DNA from: Eledone cirrhosa
Taxonomy: Eukaryota
Direction of reading: 5' to 3'
Length of the DNA: 64,000 nt
Assembly: GCA_964016885.1 (NCBI GenBank)
Contig: OZ024742.1
Coordinates: 68,324,001 to 68,388,000 of the forward strand
A program made the position numbers and the translations under genes. A model generated the notes under the pieces. The model was not told where the DNA came from, searched no databases, and saw only the letters and a program-made list of their open reading frames with translations. Positions 12,902-25,526 of this stretch are shown piece by piece. Within the stretch, counting starts at the first letter, position 1. Every line of letters starts with the position of its first letter.

Positions 12902-13960
12902 AATCGTATTTGAAAGTGAGAGAGGGAAGTTTCAATTACATTCATTTGTTGTTCCTTTCTCTCACTTTCGTCAGGGGGCGTGGCAGAGTTGTTGTTGTTC
13001 ATGGCGTCCATTATTGACATATACGTCAACAAAAATGTTTAAAAGGTAGTTTTTACCCCCAAAAGGGGTAAAAATAAAATTACCTTCGTCTACAAACTTA
13101 GGCGGGAGGTTAATTCACACCGGGACACAAAATACAAACAAACACTTACTGTTAACACGTAAAATATTCCAAAAAAGACAGGAGCTGAAGTTACCTATGT
13201 CTATATCATCCGACGATCGATAGATAGAAAGATTGGTAGATGTAAACAGGACATGGGTGAAAATTATAAGTTAGGTGTGAATATTCAGCGAAAAAATTAA
13301 TTGTAGAGACAGAAGTAAATTATTTGACTAAAATTGTCCATAATGTATGGCACCTTTTATAAAACAACGAGAATTGTCTAGGGAAAATGTGGAGAATTCT
13401 GAATTAGTATCAATTTACGATATATTTAATAAAGATGAAAATAGTGCTAATTATCAGTGTGGAAAGAAATATTGTTCTTGAAAGTTCAGCCATCTCAAAT
13501 ATATATACATGTGTATGTGTGCGAGTATGTGTATATGTAACAGTCAATAGCCAAATTGTTAGATTATGGCCCAAAATGGCTCGCTTTATTTTCCCCGCGT
13601 TTTTTTTTTTACATTATGCGTTCAATCCCGCCAAGATGAACGGTAGCTTTCAACTTTCCGAGTTAGTTATAAAAATAAATATAACCTAATAATTAAGAGT
13701 GAGAGTTCATAAAGGAGCTCGATTTCGTTTTGAACAGCGTCGAATATATGGAGAGGAGAGGCATATTGGTCTAAGTGCTTTCGGCTAAAAAGAGCTTTCT
13801 CAAGAAACTTGCCCATGACATTGTTCTTGAAAGTACATTCTAGTGTTACTTCACCGTGATCTTCCAATAAAGTCGGTACCATATATATTATATTGTATTA
13901 ACAAGTAAGTATGTTTTGAAACAGCGAGCAAGTTTGAAATTAGAAATGGAAGCTTTCACC

Positions 13961-14231
13961 ATATTTTTTACCAAAGACGATTTAGCCTGATAGTGGGATT
14001 TAGAACCCTTTAAGAAATGGAAAAAGATGAGTATTGACGTACATGGGAATCGAACCCACATCTTTGGTTATCCAGACCACCACGGGTGATATGGTGGTGT
14101 AAAGGTAGCACAATGGTCTAGATAACCAAAGATGTGGATTCGACTTCCCTGTACGTCAATACTCATCTTTTTCCAATTGTTAGAGGGTTTAGAACCCCAT
14201 TATCAGGCTAAAATTTCTTTAGTCAAAATAT
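13961..14231. repeat. Imperfect inverted repeat (about 118-bp arms) containing a tRNA-like cloverleaf
   Basis: 13961-14079 is the reverse complement of 14114-14231; 14087-14158 has an A-box-like tggtgtaaagg, an anticodon arm tggt-ctagata-acca and a T-arm (gtgggttcgattcccat in the left-arm copy). Confidence 0.8.
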
Positions 14232-14239
14232 ATTATATT

Positions 14240-14635
14240 GTCGTCCCTTTACGTTCTGAGTTCAAATCCCGCCGGGCTTAACTTTGCCTTTCATCCTTAC
14301 GGGGTCGATAAAATAAAGTACCAGTAACGTACTGGGATAATTGCTGGCCTTGTGCCAAAAGTAGAAACAATTATATTATATTATATTATATTATATTATA
14401 TTATATTATATTATATTATATTATATTATATTATATTATATTATATCATGTCATTGGCAGTATTGGTAGAGTGTCGGACGCCATGCTTTACAGGATAGAG
14501 TTACGGCCCTTTATTATCTGTGTTCAAATGCCGCCGAGGTTAACTTTGCCTTTCATCCTTACAGGGTCGATAAAATAAAGTACCAGTAATGCCCTGGGAT
14601 AATTGCTGGCCTTGTGCCAAAAGTAGAAACAATTA
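14240..14635 (+). mobile_element. Two SINE S1 copies separated by (ATTAT)n
   Basis: Same B-box, core and 3' end as 4852-5191; pentamer array 14370-14445 extends the first tail. Confidence 0.9.
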
Positions 14636-15994
14636 TATTATATCATGCCATATATATTTGTGTGTGTATTTGTGTGATGATATGTGCGCGTGGGTGTACG
14701 AGTGTGTGCGAATGTGTGTGTATGTGCACATGTGTATTAGAATGGGTGTAAAAGAAAGGTATTGAAGCAAGAAAGTAAATAAAGGGGAAAATAAAACAGG
14801 AAAGCAGGGCAAATGTTAGAGAGAAAGCGAGAAAAATAAAACATTTGTATGTGAAACATTTAAATATAGAAGCCAGATTAAAAATAATCATGGTTAGGGT
14901 GGTGTTATGTTTAGTAAATATACTTAGAAATATGGAAAATTATATTACTATTTTGGTTTGTTTTGTTTGTTTTTCTAATTTACTCTGTCTCAGCTTCCAT
15001 TTAAAAAAAATAAACAAATTATAGTCACATTCTGCTTTAATGAACGTTAACAATTTTGGCTGTTTTGTCTTGTTGGTCATTGTTCATGTCTTGTTAGCCT
15101 TTGTCAGCAACTACGAATACACAAACACACATACACATATGTGGAGGAGGGTGAGTCCCAATTTATGAGTATGTATGTTTGTATGTATGTGTGTGGTTGT
15201 GTGGGGGTTAGTTTACATATCCATAAACTGTGTATATAAATGTGTATATAAAATTGAGCCTCTGGGAAATCCAAATGGATTTCGACTGGAAATAGAATAG
15301 GAATTTAGAGACATCAGTAAATATAGAAATACATGAAATGCTTTCATTAATAAACCCCCAAAAAATTAGAGAACAAAGTATTTGAAAGTAATAAGAGTAG
15401 TGAGTATCTCAGAGAACGTAGAATCAATGAGTAAACCAAGATCAAAGTAAAAGAAACCATTATTTGTTCAATTCAGCAAGGACAAAACACGAAAATTATA
15501 CAGTTGGATGATACTTTCGAAGTGAGCAAAATACCACAAAAATAGATCCCCACTATCAATCGAGTCAGCATGATGGTACTGTATACTAGTGAGATAATGA
15601 TGGCTGGGCTAATTATGGTTGATTAAAGGTTTGTACATGGTGCAGTTCCAATTCATTAACGAGTGGATCGTACTGCTTCATTAGAACTGTTGTATTATAA
15701 CTGATAGGAATGACGCAAGACATTGTGTCAGAAGCTCTAGCGCTTCTAAAATATTGGCTGATGTATACATTTATGTATGTATATATGTATGTATATATCT
15801 ATGTTTATATACATGCATTACATATGTATATATTTGTATGTGCGTATGTATCTATGTATATGTAGGTATGCATGTATGTATATATCTATATACATATATG
15901 CAAGCACATATATACAAACGAGTCCTTTTTCGCCAGAATTTTTCCGTTTCTTTCTCTTCTCAATCTCATCAATCTTCAAATTACTTATTTATTT

Positions 15995-16064
15995 CTATAT
16001 CCTGATGAAGGACTAACTTTCGAAACGTGAAGATGTTTTCCTTCTGTATCAAACGTTAATCTAG
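15995..16064 (+). ncRNA. Candidate type I hammerhead ribozyme (weak stems I and II)
   Basis: ctgatga-aggactaactttc-gaaa-cgt...acg-tta; stem I ctatat/atctag is imperfect. Confidence 0.35.
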
Positions 16065-16122
16065 TATATATCTTCTTTGCCTTGTATCGATTTGCTGTTT
16101 ATTCCCGTTTACTCTTCGCACG

Positions 16123-16229
<107 letters not shown>

Positions 16230-16515
16230 ATACGCACACATACGTATACATATATATGTGTGTGAGTATGTATGTGCACGTGTATGTATGTTTGTATATA
16301 TGTGAATATGTGTCTGTATCGTATATCCTATTTAACAGATATATGAATAAACGTATGTGAGAACCTACATGCTTCAAACATGAAGCGGCTTTGACTCTTT
16401 TTATGTCTAACAAATAAAAATCCATACTTTGCGAATGTGGGTGTGACTGTGTTTGTAATTATATATGCATGTATGTGTGTGTATATATATATATATGTGT
16501 GTGTGTATAACTATA

Positions 16516-16557
<42 letters not shown>

Positions 16558-17568
16558 AAATAACAGATTAAAGTTAAGCAAAGAATCGCTGCTTTCACCC
16601 TTAACGGGATCTTCTGAAACTAACAAAGTCAATCTGTAAACGCAGAAGTGGATATTTCAAAAAACGTTGCGACCGGAGGAAGACAGGAAGACGATACTTT
16701 GGTTCGTGGAAACGTTCGCTGGCAAAGAACGGGGAAAAACGAATAAGATACGTCATTAATAGGAGCGGTGAAAAACAATTACGCGCAAAGACAGAACCAC
16801 GTTTATGGTATAAAAGAGGTCGTAGACTAATGTCCCCTTAGGTGGTTCATAGAGACGTTCTCAATGAACGAAAAAAACGAAGATAATACGTCATATGTCG
16901 AACGTGGAGAACAATAGCACGCAAAGACAAAACCACGTAAATGGTATAGCAGAAGTCGTAGACTAAAATTCTAACTAGGAGACCGAATGAATCTCCGCTA
17001 CAGAGTTAAGAACAAAGTAAATAAATACAATACAGAAGTAATAGAAATAAATAAATACATACACGCAAACAAATACGTACATACACAAGCATACGCAAAA
17101 CACTTACCATAGGTATACAAAACCACACACATATAAATTTGTGTGTGTGTGTGTATGCGTGTATACAAATAAATAAATAAATAATTATATAAACGTATAT
17201 AAATAAATAAATACGTAAATAACAAGCGCACACACATACCTACATGTAAATACACGAATGTTCGGAGACGAAAGTCAACCAAAACATGAAGTACACATAT
17301 ACACACACCCTACATACGTACGAACCTGCATACTCACACAGACGCAAAACTCCCGTATACACATAGCCAAACCATATGTACCAGAATAAAAAAAATAAAA
17401 AAATGTATACGCCATAACATAAACAATCAAATATACATACGAGAAGGTATACGTACCTTCACGAAACATACGGGTAAATATACTTACCTATGCAAATAAG
17501 TAATGGTATAAACAAAACATATACTTAGCTCCCACATCAAGACGTAAAATATCTACGTATAGATCGTA

Positions 17569-18655
17569 CTATCCATTAGGGTATAACGTGGGGCTGTAAT
17601 ACAGGAAAGTTTTGTGCAATTTATGTTTACAAGCCGAAATTGCCTCAGATTTTTTGTTTAAGATGTGGTCTGTGGCGTAGAGTATTTCCAGGGCCTCAGC
17701 GGCGCAGAGGCCACAAGGTCTTTTATTTCCGTTATACGATCTAGCCCTAGCTAGGATCTCCCAGTGTAACTTATATTGGGTGTGGTTGTCTTTTAGACTC
17801 CAGATATAAGCTGAAAGTGACGTCATATTCCTTCTTAGAGGGTAACGAAAAGAATGGGTATGCGTGTAAAGACGCTGCTTGAATCTATTGGCGGTTAACC
17901 CTACTGGACGTGGGTGTTACAAACTTACATTTGTAGACAATGTTACTAGAGAGGCATTTCCCGGATAGGGGGCAATCAACCCGATTCCTACAATTACAGT
18001 TAGTACTAACTACAGGGTTGCACGTGTTCCTACGGCTAGGTAGTTTAGCTAAATTTGAAGCTGTGATGTTATGTGCAAGGTTAGGAGTCGTAGAGTAAGA
18101 AATTTTAATTGTATTTCTATTAAAAATTTTACTATATTTATGTGTAGGGGGAAAATGCTTCGTAAAAAGGGAAAGAAAGATCTTAGCTAATGGTGTGGCC
18201 ATCTGCATATTATATGGTGGGTTATACCAACAAATGCGACGGGATCTATTTCTTCTAGGTCTATTTTCGTACTCTGTATATGCTACCTTATCGACAAATC
18301 CACTTTGAGCAAGGGCTTCATTGTAATACATGGATTGGTTGTTGAAAATACGCTCGTTGGTGGAAAGACGGGAAAGCCTCAACGAAACGTTTCTTACCAG
18401 GTTCTTGGTTATGCTGGCAGGATGGTTGGAATGCTTACTTATGTAATTAAGCGTATCATTCGGCTTTCTATACGGGTAATACAACCCATTCAATAAATTG
18501 AGAGTAATGTCAAGGTAATTAACGACCGAGAGATTGGCCTCAACCTGTATAGAGAAGTTGAAGCCTTTAAAGAAGGGTGTGAGTTCTTTTCTGAACCTGT
18601 CGCAAGCACGAGGTCCGCACTTAGTCATGGTCAAAAGACCATCGTCACGACGGTT
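17569..18655 (-). mobile_element. Penelope-like element fragment: RT C-terminal half + GIY-YIG endonuclease
   Basis: RDDGL, VNYLDITLNL, YPYRKPND, WYNPPYN, CNCRNRVDCPL, SSNIVYKC, FKQRLYTHTHSFR, CGLCAAE, LNKKSEAISACKH; 5'-truncated near a (TA)n array. Confidence 0.92.
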
Positions 18656-18717
18656 CTTATATATTTGATATATATTTATCCTTATCGAGCCCTCTTTAGT
18701 CTTGAAATTTATTATTA

Positions 18718-18797
<80 letters not shown>

Positions 18798-19080
18798 TAT
18801 AAATATATATAAATATATAAATATGTATATATATATATATAGTTAAAAGAATAGAGGTGTAACACACAAGTTATTATATATTGGTAAACGGAATAGAAAA
18901 TGCTGACAAATTGTTCACAGTTGAAAAATGGTTTAATTAGGAATAAAAGAGTATTAGTGATTGTATGGGTTAGTATTCAGTTGTGGTTTTAAGTTTTTAA
19001 GTTTTTACCGGTTGCGCATTTCTAAATGGTTTTCAAAAATAATTTTGAGATAGAGTGTCCGTGCTGTTTGCTATATATAT

Positions 19081-20177
19081 ACCAGATAGAAAAATGCGTA
19101 CAGCAAAAAAAAAGTAATATTGTTGGAATATAAACCTTTAAAAATACAGGACAAGAAACTAAAATAAAACTTTAAAAGAATAGGACAAGGAACTAAGATA
19201 AAACTTTAAATGAATAGGTCAAGAAACTAAGATAAAACTTTAAAGAATTGGACAAGAAATAAAAAATGTTATTATAATATTAGTGGCAAAATTTTTATTG
19301 GTAAAAAATCGAGTTCCACATTCATAGGCTCTGGGTTCCACATTCAGAGGTCGTCGTCAGACCGGCGGGATCATTTGATCCTGGTTTGAACACCAATTGG
19401 GCCATAACCATACCCCTATTTCATCATTCGGCGACACGCCTCATGTGTCATGCATAATGTGAATGGACCCATGGGCCCATGAGCACAGATCTTGAGTAGC
19501 AGCGGACGGTCTTGTCGTCCCGCTCATCCTTGATCTTGACCAACCCGTCCATCTTCTCCTTGCATCTTGTCCTTGAGTTCAAGTCCGGCAGTCCAGATGA
19601 ATGCGTGCCACAGCTTTCTGGTACAGGAAGGGGGAGCAGGAAGACTGGAGGGATGACGAGACAGAGGGAGGGAGGACCGGTGGTTGAGGGAGGTGCCGTA
19701 GTCGGTGGTCAGAGTCGACATCTTGTCTCGGTCGTCTTCTCCATCTTCGTCCGGTGTTGCGGGACCAGAAGTGCATTCTTGGAGGAAACCTGCAGCTGCA
19801 TCGGCCAATTCTTCTTGCAATGGTCATTCTGAAGGAGCAGAACTGCTCAGCCAACCAACCCCAACCAGAACCAACCGCTCAGGGGCAACGCACAATGAGA
19901 GCATGACAATTATTATGCACTAATCAAGAAGATACTGGGGCATAGCACAGGAAACGAATAAAAAAATTTTGCCACTAATATTATTGTAAAATGTTTTATT
20001 TCTTGTCCAATTCTTTAAAGTTTTATCTTAGTTTCTTGTCCTATTCATTTAAAGTTTTATCTTAGTTTCTTGTCCTATTCTTTTAAAGTTTTATTTTAGT
20101 TTCTTGTCCTGTATTTTTAAAGGTTTATATTCCAACAATATTACTTTTTTTTTGCTGTACGCATTTTTCTATCTGGT
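19081..20177. mobile_element. 1.1-kb element with about 220-bp inverted repeats (internal 33-34-bp subrepeats) around a GC-rich core
   Basis: 19081-19299 is a near-perfect reverse complement of 19957-20177; subrepeat ggacaagaaactaagataaaactttaaa occurs about 4 times per arm. Confidence 0.75.
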
Positions 20178-20728
20178 CTACTATTTTTTAAGGCAATGCA
20201 AGCAACAACTATCTAATAATTAAATGATCATAGTGAATTACTGACAAGTGATTGACATTTTAAAGTTCTTTTGAGTATAATTGCAATCTAGTTGAGGCAA
20301 CTGGCTTAATGACAAAGCTAGTAAATCATGAATGCATTTGAGATGATTAGTGCATAATAGCGTCATTTCTGGATTACCTCCCCTAGCGTCACGCTTACTA
20401 CTCGCTCACTTGAACACAAGATTTATCAGCAAACTTTGATTATAAACTTTTTCCCGCTGGACCAAATTTTTAGATTTTTAAGCCAAAAGATGCGTAATGA
20501 TCTACTGTTCATGCTCATATAAGTTTTATCTCAGTTAAATAAAGTAGAGCCGCGCTGTACTGTCGTAAACAGACGATTGCCAACGAAAACACGACCACAC
20601 CAATATTACTAAACGGACTACCGTCCGTTTAGGATATTCATATAAATATATATAAATATATAAATATGTGTATATATATATATTCATATAAATATATATA
20701 AATATATTATAAATATATATATATATAC

Positions 20729-20835
<107 letters not shown>

Positions 20836-21040
20836 AAATTAAGATAAATTAAATTAAATTAAATTATATTAAGGGTGTTATGCCAGATAGACATGCGCCA
20901 TATCACCCGTAAAATATTCTCCAAGATTCTAATGAATAGATCCGAGCGTTTTATATCAACTAGAAATTGATTGACATATAAATAAACATATGAAACAATC
21001 ACAGGGGATAATTTGTAAAAGTGTGTAAGCACACATAGTT

Positions 21041-21121
21041 AGGTACCCACTCTACTACCCTAAGTATTGAGTACTTTGGTGCGTTATGGTCCATCTGGTT
21101 CCTTACCACATTTCCTTCGTT
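21041..21121 (+). mobile_element. Family A tail-only copy ending in (TA)n
   Basis: tacccactctactaccctaagtattgagtactttggtgcgttatggtccatctggttccttaccacatttccttcgt matches 23995-24071. Confidence 0.85.
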
Positions 21122-21143
21122 ATATATATATATATATATATAT

Positions 21144-21221
21144 AATCAAATTACGTTTATTAAAAAAAAGCCTTCGTGAGCCCTTTTTTTTAAGTAAAAG
21201 GAAATTCAAACACACACACAC

Positions 21222-21252
<31 letters not shown>

Positions 21253-21565
21253 GCACACAAATAAACATACATATCTTTACTTTCTTTATTCAATAGAAAA
21301 TCTGAATTCTGACACCCCAGCGAACTAACCATATTCACTGAACCAGAACAATTCTCCCATCCCATTTCTCTTGACCATTTTCTTTTACTTATCATAAAAT
21401 TCTCTAAAAAGGCTACAGAATTGATTTCCAAATAAGAGCGCGAAAATTTAATGAAAACTTGTTCATGTGACAGCCATAATTTCATTTATAACCAATCAAA
21501 TTACGTTTATTTTAAAAAAAACCTTCGTGAGCCCCCTTTTTTTAAGTAAAAAGAAATTCAAACAC
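21144..21565. repeat. About 70-bp direct repeats spaced about 350 bp
   Basis: aatcaaattacgtttatt...ccttcgtgagccc...aagtaaaa.gaaattcaaacac at 21144 and 21494. Confidence 0.85.
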
Positions 21566-21679
21566 TCATATATGAAAAAGCAACCTGTGACCCCCCATTT
21601 TCGATTTCATCTTTTTTTCGTGTAGGACGCCTCGGTTATTTTTCATTTTGTAAAGAAAACCTCACTTTCTAATATATAT

Positions 21680-22390
21680 ATATAATACATTATGAAGAGA
21701 GAAGAAACATTAGATATAATTAGTAATAAGATATATCATACCTAAACTGCTTCTATAGTCGCCGACTACGTAGTTTCGTGGCATATTATGCAAAAACACT
21801 ACATCATAGAGATATAGAGGTTTTGTGAGGTCTGCCGACTTATCAAGAGGATACCTCATTAAGGGTTTCAAAACACGTATGTGATGCGCGAGATAGAATC
21901 TCGAATGGCGGAGGGGGAGTCAATCACGTGATACAGCGGTCAGGAAACAGAGCTAAGCCCCTTATAACCCTGAAAAAAATACCACGGAGGCGGAGGGGGT
22001 ATTTATATCAAAGCCGTAGAAGAGGTGGTTTGAGGAGGCGAGAAGTATGAGTAATGGTAGCTATCCAGCAGTCACTACACTTCAAAGGTTACTCGACCAA
22101 AGGGAATTATAAACAATATATAGAGAAACACACAGATACATTCGGACACATACATACACATGAATATATCCACATATATTAGATATAATTATATCTAATG
22201 TTTCTTCTCTCTTCATAATGTATTATATAGCTCTGATACTGAATCAATCTAATCCATTCGGATTGGTTTGTCCCAGTTATTCATAGAGCAGCATCGGTTG
22301 AGGTTGGTACCACTAACTCAGGGATATATGTGGATATATTCATGTGTATATATGTGTCCGCATGTATTTGTGTGTTTCTCTCTCTCTCTC
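21680..22390. mobile_element. TA-flanked non-coding insert with two adjacent inverted repeats and a degenerate HHR
   Basis: 21680-21721 inverted at 22186-22229; 22117-22178 inverted at 22325-22385; minus strand near 21760-21865 reads ttaatga...cgaaa-ctacgtag-tc. Confidence 0.55.
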
Positions 22391-22408
22391 TATATATATA
22401 TATATAAC

Positions 22409-23282
22409 GCCTCAGCGTTATGTCCAGGTCAGTAAAAAATCTTTTCCTGGGTTCTGTATTTTCGTTGCTCTGGTAGTGTGGTCGGACTGCCGACTGCTAT
22501 ATCTAATTTGCTAAGCTGTCTGAACGTAATGTTATACTCTGGGGTCTTACCTCATATGAGTGCTAAAGCTACAAACCGAATAAGCATACACGCTAGCTTG
22601 GCCGTATACTAGAGCTTCGTCTATGCTGTACTAAAATTTATATTTACTCCTAGAATTAACGATTAACTGATTAATTTTATTAGATGATTCTATTGATTAA
22701 TTAATTGTTTAAGTTTGTTTGATAACTTCTAGTCGAGTGCTTTATTCGGTTTGAATAAGGGGATTCATTCCTTTATCTCAAATTAGAATACACCGCCTAA
22801 GCAGGGGTTACCTCCCTTGGACAAAACCATGTGCCTGTGCCGACCTTTGAAGTCACAGCATACCCGCTTTGGCTAAGAACGAAAGACTTGCTGAAGAAGT
22901 AAATCCTATGTTCTGTCGTCAAAAACTATTATATTGCAGACTCCTGCAATAGGAATTTGTCGATCATGGATTTGCAGAAACTTAGCGCTGTCGTTGCGTG
23001 CGATATTGCGATCAATATTGTGGAAACACCATGTGGATTATATATTTTACACCCAGCCTCAGCGTTATGTCCAGGTCAGTAAAAAATCTTTTCCTGGGTT
23101 CTGTATTTTCGTTGCTCTAGTGATGCGGTCGGACTGCCGACTGCTATATCTAATTTGCTAAGCTGTCTGAACATAATGTTATACTCTGGGGTCTTTCCTC
23201 ATCTGAGTGCTAAAGCTACAAACCGAATAAGCATACACGCTAGCTTGGCCGTATACTAGAGCTTCGTCTATGCTGTACTAAA

Positions 23283-23290
<8 letters not shown>
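22409..23290 (+). mobile_element. Retrozyme/mini-PLE-like element: about 235-bp direct repeats around a spacer with an HHR-like core, in (TA)n
   Basis: 22409-22642 is nearly identical to 23056-23290; ctgaaga (22891) - long stem II (gtaaatcc/ggatttgc) - gaaa-cttagcgctg-tc; stem I pairs poorly. Confidence 0.65.
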
Positions 23291-23319
<29 letters not shown>

Positions 23320-23342
23320 TATAAATATATATAAATATATAA

Positions 23343-23384
<42 letters not shown>

Positions 23385-23583
23385 TCTTTTTGATGTTTGA
23401 TATTTTGTCTCTGCCCATATAGATACAGTTTATATATTTGAAAATTATACGGTGCATTATGTATGGAGTGCTGTAATTTATAAACAGTGACTTCATGATT
23501 ATTTGGGAGAATGATTAACGGGAGAATTCCTTATGCAACATTAGTGTTGATTTAACATTATTTATTTACACAAAAACACACAA

Positions 23584-23617
<34 letters not shown>

Positions 23618-23639
23618 GTATATATATATACGTATATAT

Positions 23640-23816
<177 letters not shown>

Positions 23817-23832
23817 TAGATATAGATATATA

Positions 23833-23880
<48 letters not shown>

Positions 23881-23882
<2 letters not shown>

Positions 23883-24070
23883 AACGAGTAGGACCCCGAC
23901 GGCTGAGCTCAAGCCGTTTCGACGGCTAATTCTGGACCAGAATTAGCCGTCGAAACGGCTTGAGCTCAGCCGTCGGGGTCCTACTCGTTCATATTACCCA
24001 CTCTACTACCCTAAGTATTGAGTACCTTGGTGCGTTATGGTCCACCTGGTTCCTTACCACATTTCCTCCG

Positions 24071-24071
<1 letters not shown>
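23881..24071 (+). mobile_element. Family A mini-PLE: perfect 54-bp hairpin + about 80-nt tail, in (TA)n
   Basis: 23882-23935 is the exact reverse complement of 23937-23990; contains the HHR 3' half gaaa-cggc-ttgagctca-gccg-tc-ggggtc. Confidence 0.85.
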
Positions 24072-24113
<42 letters not shown>

Positions 24114-24160
24114 TAAAATAGATATGCTTTTATAAATATAGTTTCCATTTGTTAATATCG

Positions 24161-24189
<29 letters not shown>

Positions 24190-24193
<4 letters not shown>

Positions 24194-24260
24194 GAGATTC
24201 AGGGCCCGACGGCTGAGCTCTTGCCGTTTCGATATCTATTCCAGACGGGATAAAACTAAC
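24190..24260 (-). mobile_element. Family A-related variant (HHR 3' half) at a (TA)n edge
   Basis: Minus: gtctggaatagatatc-gaaa-cggc-aagagctca-gccg-tc-gggccc; diverged copy at 60980-61063 (+). Confidence 0.65.
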
Positions 24261-24712
24261 TGCTGTAAAAAGACCCGTTTCGCTTGCTTGGGTGCGACTG
24301 TGTGTTGGGCTCTCCTGACATGAACGAAGGCTGAGTATTCCATTATTCGATCAACTGAACTACCTCGACAATGAAGCGACATATAAAGTAACTCAGTATT
24401 ACAGGCATTAACATAATTCTCATGTGGTACCAGTGTGGCTGGATTACCGGCACAGCCCCTCCATCCACACAATTTCTTTCAGAAGGATTGGATCTCATTG
24501 AGGCTATGCTAAAATTTATTTTCCGGAGATGCACTGAACACGGGCAGTCATCATTGTGAAGCAAACTTTTACACAAGTTGACTACGTCTGCGTCCTTATG
24601 TGTATATATAGAGATATATACATATATATACATGTGTGTGTGTGTGTGGTTTTTGTGTATGTATATATACATATATATATATATGTATGTATATATATAT
24701 TATATATATATA

Positions 24713-24755
<43 letters not shown>

Positions 24756-24885
24756 TTATCATACACTTATTTGTACATGCATACGTAGACAAATATACTC
24801 ATACGCACATATACACATACATACACACAAACACGCACCTATATCCACGTACATACACACACACACATACGGATATATGTGTGTG

Positions 24886-24965
<80 letters not shown>

Positions 24966-25410
24966 TAGCCGTTCATCGTCCAATATAAATATTTACTCTT
25001 CAATCACTCATTCACACATTTCTTGTTGGTCTCCACTGAGATTTTCTCGCATTTATCACATGAATACCTCAGAGATTTTCTAATCGAACCCAAGACGTCA
25101 TGTATTCTAAACTTTCGTGTAGATTCATAAGTATTGTTGTTGATACAGTAGAATGAGTTTTTCTGCACTTTTAATTTCAAATTATTTAGAACAGTGCCGA
25201 TATTACCGGAATCTTACTAGGTCGAGAACAATTTCTTGCGTTGCCAAACCCACGTTTTCCTTCTACTAAGTTTATAGCATAATTATATATTTAAATACTT
25301 CTACGACGCATTTTAGTTAATTCACATGATCTATATTTTATTTTGCATCATATATATGTACATATGTATATAGATACACATACATACATACACAGACACA
25401 TGTATATACA

Positions 25411-25470
<60 letters not shown>

Positions 25471-25481
25471 ATTGTCACACT

Positions 25482-25526
<45 letters not shown>

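Larger units (their letters stand above)
7837..13218 (-). mobile_element. Near full-length L1/Tx1-clade non-LTR retrotransposon (inactive) in (GATA)n
   Basis: 5'UTR, ORF1, low-complexity spacer, ORF2 (APE-RT-zinc finger) and a 3'UTR ending cccttgtggcaaataaatagaaa; GATA repeats at both junctions (long at 3' end, short at 5' end). Confidence 0.93.

Noticed and set aside
14087-14158. Functional tRNA gene
   Set aside because: Acceptor and T stems are mismatched, and the anticodon loop differs between the two arms.
16740-16980. Diverged tandem duplication of about 140 bp downstream of the PLE ORF
   Set aside because: Real but probably PLE 3' region repeats; no HHR core found.
24260-24600. Coding-looking segment (ORFs 24236-24672)
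   Set aside because: No recognisable domain or convincing splice structure; needs BLASTX.
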